From Candidatus Thorarchaeota archaeon (GTDB lineage Archaea; Asgardarchaeota; Thorarchaeia; Thorarchaeales; Thorarchaeaceae): a DNA stretch of 32,000 nucleotides. Both the position numbers and the translations under genes were made by a program. The DNA lies in contig SHMX01000005.1 of the NCBI GenBank assembly GCA_008080745.1, forward strand, positions 180,001 to 212,000. Reading direction: 5' to 3'. Positions 17,557 to 27,441 of this stretch are shown here, in pieces; the first letter of the stretch is position 1, and every line of letters starts with the position of its first letter. The notes below the pieces were generated by a model. It ran no database searches, was not told the DNA's origin, and worked only from the letters and a program-made list of their open reading frames with translations.

Positions 17557-19794
17557 ATGGATGAAGAACATGATTTTCAAGAAACCTCCGAGGAAGCAGA
17601 TGAGATAGATTCAGAACTGCCAAAAGAACCTGTCAAACTGATCTCAGAAGACACTCTTGATTATCACCCCCGAGTGAGTGAACCTCTTGAACTTTTAGTG
17701 GACCCCGATACTGGCGTAGTTGTCGGGCGATCACAGTCTTTTCATAAGAAATACGGTCCTGTAGGTTTGGGAATGCTTGGAGCTATATCTGAGACCTCTG
17801 ATGACATTCTCACATCATTAGTAGGCACTCCTGTGAAGTTGGATCTGGTAAGCCCTCATGTTATGTTCGTTGCCGGGAAGAGAGGTTCCGGAAAATCATA
17901 TACATTAGGCATCATCGCAGAAGAATTAGCTTTGGCAATGGAACGCTCTCAAATTGAGGTTGCAGGTGTTCTAATAGATACGGTTGATGTTTTCCGTCAG
18001 ATGGTCGAGCCCAATGTGGACCAAGAGGATTTGTTGGAGAAATGGGGTCTTGATGATAGAGGATTTCCTGTTGCAGTCTATATCCCACGACGGACCTATG
18101 CTGGACTTCCTGATGAAGTTAAGAAGAAAGCCAGATTATATCCATTGGCAATAAGCCCCAGAGAACTATCTGATTCTGATTGGGGTTATGTTCTAGAGAA
18201 AGGAGGACAACTCAGCACTACTATGGAGAATCTCATAGGAGATATTATTGATAGCCTCCGTCATGGATATACCTTAGAAGAGGGCACTCGTCAAGAAGGC
18301 ATTCGTGATTTCAGCATCAATGATATGATACGAGTAATTGAGAGCAATCCAGCAATCCAAGATCTGTACAAGGCTTCTACACAGACTGCTATGATTCAAC
18401 GTCTTAGAAGAGCTAATCGTCTCGGTATCTTTCATCCTGGTGGCACCAGTGCTCAGGATTTAGCCATCGGTGGTCAGATTACCGTTATTGATGTAGCACC
18501 TCTTGGTTCCGATGCAGAATCTGTTCTTGCTATTCTTACCAATATTCTTTGTAGACAGGTGCTTACCTACAGAATGACCTGGACAGATGATGGTACCAGT
18601 GCACGCGAAGAGTTACCCCCCACATGGCTGATTGTGGATGAGGCACATACTTTGGTTCCTAGAACGGGAAATACTCCTGCCAAGGAAGCTATCATAAGCT
18701 ATGCAAAACTGGGACGTAGATTTGGTTGTAGTCTTGTTCTTTGTACCCAACAACCCTCGGCTGTGGCTGATGATGCAATATCCCAGTCTGATATTATTCT
18801 CTCTCATTCATTGTCTCACGACAATGATATTCGGGCGCTTCAACAACGTGCTCCTGCAGTCATGCCTGAACAATTCAAAGATAAAGTGTTTATCAGTAGC
18901 CTTCCACGGGGTGTTGCGCTATTATTTGACCAAACTACTGAAAACAAAAGAGGATTCATATTCAAAGTTCGCCCTCGTCTTTCTAAACATGGGGGGACTG
19001 ATAGACTATCAGGACTCTTTGAGGCTGCAAAGCTAGCCCCGCACGAAGAGGACCTGAAAGATGAAATAACAATCCAAGAAGTTGAGATAGATGAATCTGA
19101 GAAACTCGAAGTACCATCTGATGAATTCAAAGACGATGAGATGCTAGATGAAATCGAAGATGAGGATATACCAGATCTACCTCATGTACCTCGACCTCCT
19201 GTAAAACTAAGTAGGGAAGATTGGGAGTTATTGGATAGCTGGATTCAAGATTATGTTACGACCCTCTTTGAACAGAAACAACAGGAATTCTCTATAACGG
19301 AAGAAACTGCACCAAGAGAAACAACCGAACCCGAGGTTTCTATTGTGGATGAACCCATCATTGAAGATTACTCTGATGACACCGATGCAGTCATTGATGT
19401 ATCCAATGTGGCAGTGCGGCGTTTTGGTAATCTACAGCCGACCCTTCTTGCAAAGGCGATGACCAGAAAAGTGTTGTATTCCCGTTCGTCCCATGAGTTT
19501 CTCTTTCCCACCGAGTCGATAGAACGTGAAACCGTTCTTATAGAGTCTGATGATGTTGATCCCTGGGACTTGGTAGAAAGAATAACAGGGATTTTAGTTG
19601 AACGCGGTCTGCATCTCGATTCTCTCCGCCATGAGGATGATTTCACCTTTGTACTTCTTCGAAAGGATGAGGTTCGGGTAGCCTTCTCAGCAGGAATTAG
19701 TGAGAATACCGTCTGCATCCCTGTCATTTTCAGTGGAACAAGCAGACGTGGCGTTTCTATTCTCTCTGATCAATTTCGAGTGGCAATGAGATAG
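17557..19794 (+). CDS. HerA/FtsK-superfamily (DUF87-type) ATPase with acidic linker and unknown C-terminal domain
   Basis: Likely start ATG 17557 after gaggga (track 17485). PHVMFVAGKRGSGKS (Walker A), LIVDEAH (Walker B), GRRFG and LCTQQP motifs. Confidence 0.88.
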   Translation: MDEEHDFQETSEEADEIDSELPKEPVKLISEDTLDYHPRVSEPLELLVDPDTGVVVGRSQSFHKKYGPVGLGMLGAISETSDDILTSLVGTPVKLDLVSPHVMFVAGKRGSGKSYTLGIIAEELALAMERSQIEVAGVLIDTVDVFRQMVEPNVDQEDLLEKWGLDDRGFPVAVYIPRRTYAGLPDEVKKKARLYPLAISPRELSDSDWGYVLEKGGQLSTTMENLIGDIIDSLRHGYTLEEGTRQEGIRDFSINDMIRVIESNPAIQDLYKASTQTAMIQRLRRANRLGIFHPGGTSAQDLAIGGQITVIDVAPLGSDAESVLAILTNILCRQVLTYRMTWTDDGTSAREELPPTWLIVDEAHTLVPRTGNTPAKEAIISYAKLGRRFGCSLVLCTQQPSAVADDAISQSDIILSHSLSHDNDIRALQQRAPAVMPEQFKDKVFISSLPRGVALLFDQTTENKRGFIFKVRPRLSKHGGTDRLSGLFEAAKLAPHEEDLKDEITIQEVEIDESEKLEVPSDEFKDDEMLDEIEDEDIPDLPHVPRPPVKLSREDWELLDSWIQDYVTTLFEQKQQEFSITEETAPRETTEPEVSIVDEPIIEDYSDDTDAVIDVSNVAVRRFGNLQPTLLAKAMTRKVLYSRSSHEFLFPTESIERETVLIESDDVDPWDLVERITGILVERGLHLDSLRHEDDFTFVLLRKDEVRVAFSAGISENTVCIPVIFSGTSRRGVSILSDQFRVAMR

Positions 19795-19867
19795 CAGAAA
19801 TCATGTTCTTCAAACAGTCCATGCGCTTATAAGGCTAAAAACCTGCAGTTTGTCACTGGTGAGAATC

Positions 19868-20224
19868 ATGAGCAAAGACGAAATAAGACCCCCTGTCAAT
19901 CTTCGTATCGCATCATTGATGGATTTGGCCAGAATGCTGGTTTCTTGGTCACAACGTGATAGACCTGCGAGTGTCATGTACTTCGAGCATGATGGCAAAC
20001 ACATCTTTGGAACACTAATCTCCAATCATGGATATTATGAATATATGGGCCTTCCACTTTGGATTTACATTGAGCATGATAATGCACCTGATGGTAATTT
20101 CTTAGCATATCAACCCCGTGATAAAGAAAAAGTGAAATTTGTTGAAACCATCGAGACGGACCCTCAAACTGTTCATCTTCCAGTGATTCGTCTAGCTGAG
20201 AAGTTGGAAATACTTGATATCTAA
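19868..20224 (+). CDS. Conserved-looking archaeal hypothetical protein
   Basis: Likely start MSKDEIRPP (ATG 19868). Globular composition. The I.SLMDLAR...PVI pattern recalls a small uncharacterised TACK-archaeal family (unverified recollection). Confidence 0.65.
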   Translation: MSKDEIRPPVNLRIASLMDLARMLVSWSQRDRPASVMYFEHDGKHIFGTLISNHGYYEYMGLPLWIYIEHDNAPDGNFLAYQPRDKEKVKFVETIETDPQTVHLPVIRLAEKLEILDI

Positions 20225-20676
20225 TCTGATTCCCTACGGTCCTTATTGGACCAGTAGGTTCCCTTTTTCTTTATCCATTCTTTCAGGTCTCGTACCATCA
20301 AATCGTGGTCGAAGGCCAGGGTGATAGTATTATGTACCTCATCCAAATCGAACCATTTTGCTCCGGCTGCGTCATCGCCACCTGTTGGTTCTCCTTCTAA
20401 TGGTCTAGCAATAAATACTGTACTCTGAATATGTTTTCTTGGGTCTCGCTCAGGATCACTGTATACTCCTAGGATATCCAGCAGCTCTACCTTCATTCCA
20501 GTTTCTTCTATTACTTCTCTTAGTGCTGCTTTTTCTACGGTTTCACCATAGTCAACAAATCCCCCGGGAAATACCCACATACCCTTGTATGGTTCATTTT
20601 TTCGTTTAACAAGTACTATTCGATCCTGGTCAAGGATGACAGTATCTACAGTAGGACTGGGATTCTTGTACATCAA
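20221..20676 (-). CDS. Nudix hydrolase (ADP-ribose pyrophosphatase-like)
   Basis: Nudix box GGFVDYGETVEKAALREVIEETG, plus YSDPERDPR, GDDA and LAFDH. Confidence 0.93.
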   Translation of the reverse strand: MMYKNPSPTVDTVILDQDRIVLVKRKNEPYKGMWVFPGGFVDYGETVEKAALREVIEETGMKVELLDILGVYSDPERDPRKHIQSTVFIARPLEGEPTGGDDAAGAKWFDLDEVHNTITLAFDHDLMVRDLKEWIKKKGTYWSNKDRRESD

Positions 20677-21728
20677 TATAGCTCCCTAGGAGATGCTCGT
20701 GCAAAGTTAGCAGCTGCAACTGCGGCAAAGATGAAAAACGCCAACCATATTATCAAAGTAACAATGATGAGGCTTGTTTTGAAGAATATCTCTACCACTA
20801 GAAACATTCCTACCACAAGGATGTTAGTAACTCCTCCAAATGTACTATTATCCGATTCACCAACTCGCCACTTGATTAGTATCATTATTCCAACAATGGA
20901 TAAAGAAATCCAGTTGATCAAGTTGGTGAAGAGGTCGGATCGATTAGCAAAGGGTATTATTCCAAGCGGTGTTGGAATGGGTGGAAGATAAAGTGCTACA
21001 AAGATAGCAAAGAGAAGGATTTCACCAATTCTAATCTTGGTCGTGGGTGTGCTGGTATATACCTGACCATAGAGACCTCTGTCATATTGCTGTGCAGCGT
21101 GAAAAATGAAGTAGAATGGAGACCCAAAGCTAAGAGCATTGACAAGACATTGCGCTATTCCATAGACCACTTTGAACCAAAAGTCGCTCCATGCTTGGAG
21201 TATGGTCTCCCATACCGATATGTAGCTTGGAATAAACTCTAACATGATAATAGTTGGTAGAATACATAATGCAATAGCAACTAAGACTGCAAACAGGGCT
21301 GCAATTCTTCCTCCTCCAAGTTTGCCTAGACCAACCTGGTAGAATACTCTCCCCGCAACAAAGAGTCCTCCAATTATTGCAAGGGGTGCGGTTACTACTG
21401 GTAAAATGAAGAACATCAAGATAAATGCAGCATTGCTGCCATAGAATACTCTCCATCTGAGTGGTACAGCATCAGTGGTTTCTTGCATTAGATAAACGGT
21501 ATTAGCAAGTCGATATCGACTGTTGTATATGATTCCAAGCCATGGTGCACTGAATACTGCTGGTACTACCGTATAATGAAACCACCAATCGAGAAGGGGA
21601 TTCTGAAAGAGCGAGATTTGAAATGGTAGCAACCAAACCAATATGAAGAAATATATTGGTCCTAGGATTGCTATTAGTACAACCACCAAACGTGTCATTT
21701 TCCAATCTGGACTCACGCTGCCACCCAT
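20673..21728 (-). CDS. Uncharacterised polytopic membrane protein (about 9-10 TM)
   Basis: 351-aa highly hydrophobic ORF overlapping the Nudix start by 4 nt. Confidence 0.8.
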   Translation of the reverse strand: MGGSVSPDWKMTRLVVVLIAILGPIYFFILVWLLPFQISLFQNPLLDWWFHYTVVPAVFSAPWLGIIYNSRYRLANTVYLMQETTDAVPLRWRVFYGSNAAFILMFFILPVVTAPLAIIGGLFVAGRVFYQVGLGKLGGGRIAALFAVLVAIALCILPTIIMLEFIPSYISVWETILQAWSDFWFKVVYGIAQCLVNALSFGSPFYFIFHAAQQYDRGLYGQVYTSTPTTKIRIGEILLFAIFVALYLPPIPTPLGIIPFANRSDLFTNLINWISLSIVGIMILIKWRVGESDNSTFGGVTNILVVGMFLVVEIFFKTSLIIVTLIIWLAFFIFAAVAAANFARASPRELY

Positions 21729-21791
21729 TCAATTCGTGTCCAAATTGCTAATAAGTATGTGCTGCTCTATCAGGTATGAGGGTTAGAGAAA

Positions 21792-22580
21792 TTGACCTAC
21801 AAGAGAAAGTTGAATGCGGCTAGCTTCGTCAGAAAGACAAAACTAATCGTTGGTCTTGATATTCCTGCGGAGATGGCAGGAAAGACTATCGATGCCAGAG
21901 CTGCTGAGAGAGAACGTGTAGAAAAAGAAGCTATGCGTATAATTGAAGCAACAGCAGATTATGCGGTTGCGTACAAGTTCAATCGTCAATTGGTCCTCCC
22001 TATCGGAGTATTTGATGGTGTACCCCGATTGATTGATGCAATTCACGATTTGGGTCTGACCGCAATTATGGACTGTAAAATCAACGACGTAGGATCAACT
22101 AACCATCATATTGCACGGTATTATTTTGATGCTGGATTTGATGCAGTTATTGCAAATCCCCTCGTAGGAATGGAGGGTGGTCTTGATTCAGTATTCAAGT
22201 TGGCCAAAAATAGAGAAAAAGGTGTGATAACCCTCTGCTATATGTCTCATCCCGCAGCTCATGAAGGGTACGGTCTCCAAGTCGCTACAGATGAAAAGAT
22301 GAAACAACATGAACCTCTGTATGTTTCATTTGCGAAAAAGGCCAAGCTCTGGGAAACTGATGGTGTTATTGTTGGAGCAACCTATCCAGAAAAGATTCGA
22401 GAGATAAAACGGATTCTTGGCGATACCGTTCCCATTATCTGCCCTGGCGTCGGAGCTCAGGGTGGTACAGCAAAGGTTGCTATGGAGGCAGGAGCTTCAT
22501 ACGTCATCGTTGCTCGATCGATATGTAATGCAGATGATCCAGGAATGGTTGCAAAGGAAATTGCAGAAGAAACGCGGTAA
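21792..22580 (+). CDS. pyrF: Orotidine-5'-phosphate decarboxylase
   Basis: LIVGLD, YKFN, IMDCKINDVGST (D-x-K-x-x-D), VGATYP, CPGVGAQGG, VARSI. Confidence 0.95.
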   Translation: MTYKRKLNAASFVRKTKLIVGLDIPAEMAGKTIDARAAERERVEKEAMRIIEATADYAVAYKFNRQLVLPIGVFDGVPRLIDAIHDLGLTAIMDCKINDVGSTNHHIARYYFDAGFDAVIANPLVGMEGGLDSVFKLAKNREKGVITLCYMSHPAAHEGYGLQVATDEKMKQHEPLYVSFAKKAKLWETDGVIVGATYPEKIREIKRILGDTVPIICPGVGAQGGTAKVAMEAGASYVIVARSICNADDPGMVAKEIAEETR

Positions 22581-22601
22581 AACTAAAATTTATCGCAGTT
22601 T

Positions 22602-22835
22602 TTATTCATGTAGTTCTCTATCATCATTTGGCGGTTTGAGTCCGTGAAATAAGTATTCGAATATCAACAACATTACCAATCCTGGGATGATCCCAATGGA
22701 AATCGAATCAATAGGAAAAATTCCAGTGATGAATAGTATTGCGAGTAACACAATTAGAACGATGTATAGAACGAGTCTTTTATCGTCTTTCATCATCTTT
22801 TCCACCGTATTTTTTGTTCTTAGATTCTCACACAT
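22602..22835 (-). CDS. Small 2-TM hypothetical membrane protein
   Basis: Two clear hydrophobic segments (LVLYIVLIVLLAILFITGIF; IGIIPGLVMLLIFEYLF). The true start may be the downstream MMKDD. Confidence 0.6.
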   Translation of the reverse strand: MCENLRTKNTVEKMMKDDKRLVLYIVLIVLLAILFITGIFPIDSISIGIIPGLVMLLIFEYLFHGLKPPNDDRELHE

Positions 22836-23130
22836 TTCAGTATGAATCTTTATGGTTTACTTCTTTTCTTTCGCTTTCTCTCGGAATGAATCCCATATAT
22901 GGCGGGAGCTGCCAATATTGCTAGAATTTCGTGCATCTCCTCTCAATAATCAATCACTGACAAAATCAATGAACAATTCTGTACATCGTGTATCAAAAAC
23001 GAACTATTATTTCTCTGGCAACTCAGAAAAGGATATATCTCAGCATCATAAGAATCATACACGGCATGTACTGAAAAGTACATCTACAGAGATGGTATTC
23101 TTCCATACGGTCTCTTGGAGCGAATTCTAG

Positions 23131-24402
23131 ATGACAAAGAACGGTTCTTACGGCTTTGCGACTTGGACATCTTTTATCGAAGAGTCACAGATTAGAGCCT
23201 TGTTAAAATACAATGTGAAATACTATTTCGCAGGCGGCAAACCTGGCATCATGCCCACTAAAATATTTTCTAAGATTCTTGCTGACCTTAGTGAGTCCTA
23301 CGCTCAAGACCCGAAATTGGCTCTTGATGATCTCAATTATGGTCCAACTGGTGGACAGTCTTGGTTTTTGAAGACTCTGGCAAAACGCCTTTGTGATGTC
23401 CGGAATATTCCTATCGATTGCGATGATGAATGGCAGAATGTATCCATCACGAATGGCTCACAGCAGGCTCTCTATGCACTTCTTGATACAATGATTGACC
23501 CAGGTGATGTGATAATCACTCCCTCTCCTGCATATCTTGGCTTCCTCGTACCCGCAGTAAAACTTGGTGCAAGGATTATTACCATACCAACTGATCTTGA
23601 GGGTATCATTCCAGAGTATGTAGAGAAGGCAATACATGTATCAAAGATAAAATTCGGCAAAACACCTGATATTCTATATGTTGTTCCTGATTCGGATAAT
23701 CCTAAGGGCACAACCCTTCCTATGAAACGAAGACAGGCACTCTATGATATCTGTGAAAATCACAATATTCTCCTACTCGAAGACTCTGCATATGCGGAGA
23801 TTCAGTTTAAGAAAAATCCCCCTCCGATCAAGACCCTCGATAAAGATAATCTGCGAGTAGCTTATCTTGGAACCACAAGCAAAGAAGCTGCAGTTCTTAG
23901 AGTTGGATATTCCGTTCTTCCAGCTTCCGTTCGTGAACAGGTATTGAAAGACAAGGGATATCTAGACCTTTGCACCTCTACTTTGGTTCAGCGTATTCTA
24001 AACGAATACTATAGCAAGTATATTGATGAAGCAATGGCAAAGGCAATTCCGCTGTATCGTGAGCGATACGAAGCAATGGCAAAGGCAATTGATGAATCAT
24101 TCCCTGCAGGTACTCGAACAGACCCAACTGGTGGTTTCTTCATCTGGTGGGAGAGTGAAGACACAAGTTTTGATAGTAGCCGCTTCATGCAAGAGGTTGC
24201 TATTCCTCATGATCTTCTTTATGTTCCAGGTGGACCATTCTATCCAATATCGGGTTACACATTATCCGATAACGGGAATGATCTTATTGACAGCAAACCC
24301 GAATCCAATACTATGCGAATTGGATTCTCATATGCTTCACCGGAGATTATCTCTGAAGGAATTCATAGACTGGGAGAACTTCTCACAAAAGAACTAGGCT
24401 AA
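23131..24402 (+). CDS. PLP-dependent aminotransferase class I (LysN/Aro8/MocR-like)
   Basis: FAGGKP, YGPTGG, ITNGSQQAL, SPAYLG, DNPKGTT, EDSAY, GTTSK (PLP lysine), LRVG, PTGGFFIW, MRIGFS. Confidence 0.92.
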   Translation: MTKNGSYGFATWTSFIEESQIRALLKYNVKYYFAGGKPGIMPTKIFSKILADLSESYAQDPKLALDDLNYGPTGGQSWFLKTLAKRLCDVRNIPIDCDDEWQNVSITNGSQQALYALLDTMIDPGDVIITPSPAYLGFLVPAVKLGARIITIPTDLEGIIPEYVEKAIHVSKIKFGKTPDILYVVPDSDNPKGTTLPMKRRQALYDICENHNILLLEDSAYAEIQFKKNPPPIKTLDKDNLRVAYLGTTSKEAAVLRVGYSVLPASVREQVLKDKGYLDLCTSTLVQRILNEYYSKYIDEAMAKAIPLYRERYEAMAKAIDESFPAGTRTDPTGGFFIWWESEDTSFDSSRFMQEVAIPHDLLYVPGGPFYPISGYTLSDNGNDLIDSKPESNTMRIGFSYASPEIISEGIHRLGELLTKELG

Positions 24403-24415
24403 AGTTGAGTGTGCG

Positions 24416-24443
24416 GAATGGTGTCGGATTTCCGATACCATTC
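24416..24443. terminator. Stem-loop between the convergent aminotransferase and bshC
   Basis: gaatggtgtcgg-attt-ccgataccattc: 12-bp stem with one G-U pair. Confidence 0.6.
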
Positions 24444-26158
24444 TACACCATGAAGTTGATGAAGAGTGTAGCACCGTTTTTAAGACCCTGTGAGTGTGCA
24501 CGCTGATATGGTCCGAACAAATCGGTGAATCCTGAGTTCAATGACCATTCTATCCATGACCATGCTGACTCTTGACTAAGCTTATCTGGAGCATATTGGC
24601 CGAACGTCCAACTTAGATACTTCTCAATATCTAGTTTCAACATCTGTAACTCTTCATATTTTCCTCCAGAAGTTTCTTCTATCTCTTTGATTATTTCTTC
24701 ATAGGCATCATTGAGTTGAGAATGAACTGAATGAAGATACTGGGAGAATTCCTGAACTGCATCATTCATCTTCTGATCATTTTCTTTTCGTCTGAATTTG
24801 TTGATTCTTCCACTCAGTTTAAACAAGTCACGATCATGAAGCACTGGAATGTCTTTTTTCTTGAGCTCCTTTCCTAACTCCTCATTCCAAGGTGTATTAA
24901 AATAGGTTCTAGGATATCTAATAAAAGCTGGAAAAGGCTCATCCATCTCTTTTGCAGCTGGGATGACCTGTGCATAATATGCCGTTTCTCCAGGACCACC
25001 TACATGTGCAATTGTGGGTATTATTGTATCAATAGCAAGTTGCCTTGAATCAACTCGAAGGGAGAGCTGCTCTGCATGTTCTTCCAAATCTGGTTCCCCT
25101 TTTTCCACCTCTATCTGTATTTTTTCACCACAAGATGGACATTTCCCCTCTAATATTGCATTAGAACCTTGATCACGATAAACAAGCTCAGTCCTACTAT
25201 TGTTACAATCCCTATTTGGACACTCATAGAGAAAAGGCACATAGTCCTTACCTCTGGACCCTGCCCCTGTAGCATACCCCTCTGCCCCTATCATTTGTGT
25301 TGCATTTTCATGGGCCCGTAGAAATGCACTACGTTTGTCTTGACTAAGTAGGTATTCCAAACCACTAAGAAGGGCTCTTCGGATTCTTTTATCTCCCGCA
25401 GGGACCAAAGGTATCCCAAGATTGCCTTCTATATTGAATAGGGAACCAAGAATTCTGGTTGCCCATTCTCCTAATGTTTTTGAATTGACAAATGCCTTGC
25501 GAGTAACCGTTAATGCATGTTCAAGACGCTCATCAAGAAGTATTCTTGCTGTTCCATCAAGAACTTTGAATAGAGGTCTGTAACTTGATTTAATCGATTC
25601 TTCTGCCTCTCTGTACCACTCATAATCTGGGAGCGGAAGATGATTTACAGGGGAGTATTCATAACCTTCTGGAACTGGGATGCTGATGAGATTCCCATTT
25701 TGTCCGATATTGGGTGTTCTGATATTGGTTAATTCAGATTGCACAACGTCATAGTCTGCAATACAGAAATATGGTGTAACGGTTATTCCATTCTGGGTAC
25801 AGTATTCCGATATTGAAACTGCTGATGCAGCTTTGTTTAGAATATACCCGGGTCCGCCCATGACTATAGTCTGGTGTGCAGATTCAACTGCACCATCATG
25901 CAGATTCATTATTGAACTATGTACTTTGGGTGTCAAGCAGTTCATTTCTCTGTTTATCTCAACTAACACCCTCTGAATCTCTTTCACTCGTTCCTGTGAA
26001 AACCATGGTGACTTTTTATATTTTGCAAGTATATCTGGTACTCTGGTATGCAACCCCCCCATTTCTAGCACTGGCAGATTATAGAGATACTTCGCTAAGT
26101 CTTCGTTCTTTTGTTCCCAGATATAATCTTGATATATGTGATAGACACTTGGTTCCAT
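24443..26158 (-). CDS. bshC: Bacillithiol biosynthesis cysteine-adding enzyme BshC-like
   Basis: AHQTIVMGGPGYILNKAASAV (cf. GQQ..LF.GP.Y...K), FCIADYD, and R..AIDTIIPTIAHVGGPGETAYYAQ (cf. RP......P..AYVGGPGE.AY.AQ). Directly downstream of bshA. Confidence 0.85.
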   Translation of the reverse strand: MEPSVYHIYQDYIWEQKNEDLAKYLYNLPVLEMGGLHTRVPDILAKYKKSPWFSQERVKEIQRVLVEINREMNCLTPKVHSSIMNLHDGAVESAHQTIVMGGPGYILNKAASAVSISEYCTQNGITVTPYFCIADYDVVQSELTNIRTPNIGQNGNLISIPVPEGYEYSPVNHLPLPDYEWYREAEESIKSSYRPLFKVLDGTARILLDERLEHALTVTRKAFVNSKTLGEWATRILGSLFNIEGNLGIPLVPAGDKRIRRALLSGLEYLLSQDKRSAFLRAHENATQMIGAEGYATGAGSRGKDYVPFLYECPNRDCNNSRTELVYRDQGSNAILEGKCPSCGEKIQIEVEKGEPDLEEHAEQLSLRVDSRQLAIDTIIPTIAHVGGPGETAYYAQVIPAAKEMDEPFPAFIRYPRTYFNTPWNEELGKELKKKDIPVLHDRDLFKLSGRINKFRRKENDQKMNDAVQEFSQYLHSVHSQLNDAYEEIIKEIEETSGGKYEELQMLKLDIEKYLSWTFGQYAPDKLSQESAWSWIEWSLNSGFTDLFGPYQRAHSQGLKNGATLFINFMV

Positions 26159-26169
26159 GAATTAACATC

Positions 26170-27342
26170 CTATTTTTCTACTGCTTCTTCAAAGACCTTC
26201 TCATACAGTGGCACAATTGCTTGTGCTGAAAATGATTCCTCTACTCGCCTTCTACCTGCCTTTGCATATTTTTTCCTACTCTTTTCATCATTGAGGAGAT
26301 CGATAATGGCCTCAGCAAATTCTTCCTGTTCAAATCCCTTTGTTACCTCTCCATCAATACCGGGACGGACCAATTCTGGGATTCCTCCTGCAGGGGTTGT
26401 GATGATTGGTAATTCACAAGCCATTGCCTCAAGAAGGACCAACGGCATTCCCTCCATGGTTGAGTTCAGTAGGAATATGTCTGCTGCAGACATTATTTCT
26501 TGGATATTACTCTTAACACCTAGAAGGTGTACATTATTGCATAAATCCAATTCTTCGATTTTTCGTTCTACCTCTATACGTGTGGGTCCATCTCCAGCAA
26601 TTATCATTCGGGTTTCTGGTTGATGGTCTACTACTATACGCATGATTTCTATGAGATCAACTACCCGTTTCACCTTTCGAAAATTGGATGCGTGGAAAAG
26701 AACTTTTTCTTCGGGGAGAATGATTTCCGGGTCCTCCACATTTCTTAGTGAAACACAGCCGCTTTCTACCACTAATCTGTATCCTTTTACAGGCTGAAAC
26801 TCTTCTACATCTATGAAGTTTGGAATGACATGAATTTCACGACTGATTTCAAGCTCGTTGATGGCTTTATTTTTTAGAAACTCGGAAACCGCGGTAACAC
26901 CATTCGCTTCTTGAACTGTATGTTGAACTACAGGTTTGTAAGCGGGATCCAAGCCAAGAGTGTGAACGTCCGACCCATGAAGAGTCACTACATATGGAAT
27001 ACCTGAGATTTCTCTTGCCATATATGCGGACATAGCATGAGGGATAGCATAGTGTGCGTGGATGATATCTAATTTGGCCTCTTTTACAACCTTCAAAATT
27101 TTTGAAGCAAGTGCCATAGAATAGGGCGGACCCACCGCTTTGAAAAGAGGATAATCGAATCTATCAACAAGGTCCACATAGATTCCCCTTGGTTGTTCCC
27201 ACATTAGAGAGAAGGGTCTCTCATAGGTGATGAAATGGATAATATGTTCTCGTTTTGCTAGGGCATGACTCAATCGGGTAGCTAAGTAACCCGAACCCCC
27301 AACAGAGGGATACATGTTTACGCCTATTCTCACGCAATTCAC
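26170..27342 (-). CDS. bshA: N-acetyl-alpha-D-glucosaminyl L-malate synthase BshA (GT4)
   Basis: IGVNMYPSVGGSG..AT.L, HFITY..PF, DIIHAHYAIPHA, VTLHGSDV, HASNFRKVKRV, EGMPLVLLEAMAC. Confidence 0.92.
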   Translation of the reverse strand: MNCVRIGVNMYPSVGGSGYLATRLSHALAKREHIIHFITYERPFSLMWEQPRGIYVDLVDRFDYPLFKAVGPPYSMALASKILKVVKEAKLDIIHAHYAIPHAMSAYMAREISGIPYVVTLHGSDVHTLGLDPAYKPVVQHTVQEANGVTAVSEFLKNKAINELEISREIHVIPNFIDVEEFQPVKGYRLVVESGCVSLRNVEDPEIILPEEKVLFHASNFRKVKRVVDLIEIMRIVVDHQPETRMIIAGDGPTRIEVERKIEELDLCNNVHLLGVKSNIQEIMSAADIFLLNSTMEGMPLVLLEAMACELPIITTPAGGIPELVRPGIDGEVTKGFEQEEFAEAIIDLLNDEKSRKKYAKAGRRRVEESFSAQAIVPLYEKVFEEAVEK

Positions 27343-27441
27343 CTTTTTGTTTGACCCTGGTTCTACTCGCCTTTAAGAGCAGTGGTAGTAGCATGATTTC
27401 TAGTCAGAAACTTGATATTACTGAATGGGGTATCCTAGCAT

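Noticed and set aside
17557-20676. HerA-based antiviral defence system (HerA + small protein + Nudix)
   Set aside because: No SIR2, nuclease or DUF4297-like partner. The Nudix gene is on the opposite strand and the neighbours are housekeeping genes (trmI, pyrF). No island-like features.
22852-23130. 92-aa ORF in the largest intergenic gap, abutting the aminotransferase start
   Set aside because: Atypical composition (N/S/H-rich), no motif, and it overlaps the expected divergent promoter region. It cannot be fully excluded. No structured RNA was recognised there either.
23131-24402. Aminotransferase as part of the bacillithiol pathway
   Set aside because: Convergent with bshC and separated by a hairpin. 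No transamination step is known in bacillithiol synthesis.
26111-26623. 170-aa plus-strand ORF and the many other short shadow ORFs in the track
   Set aside because: They lie antisense or out-of-frame within confidently assigned genes and show no family motifs.
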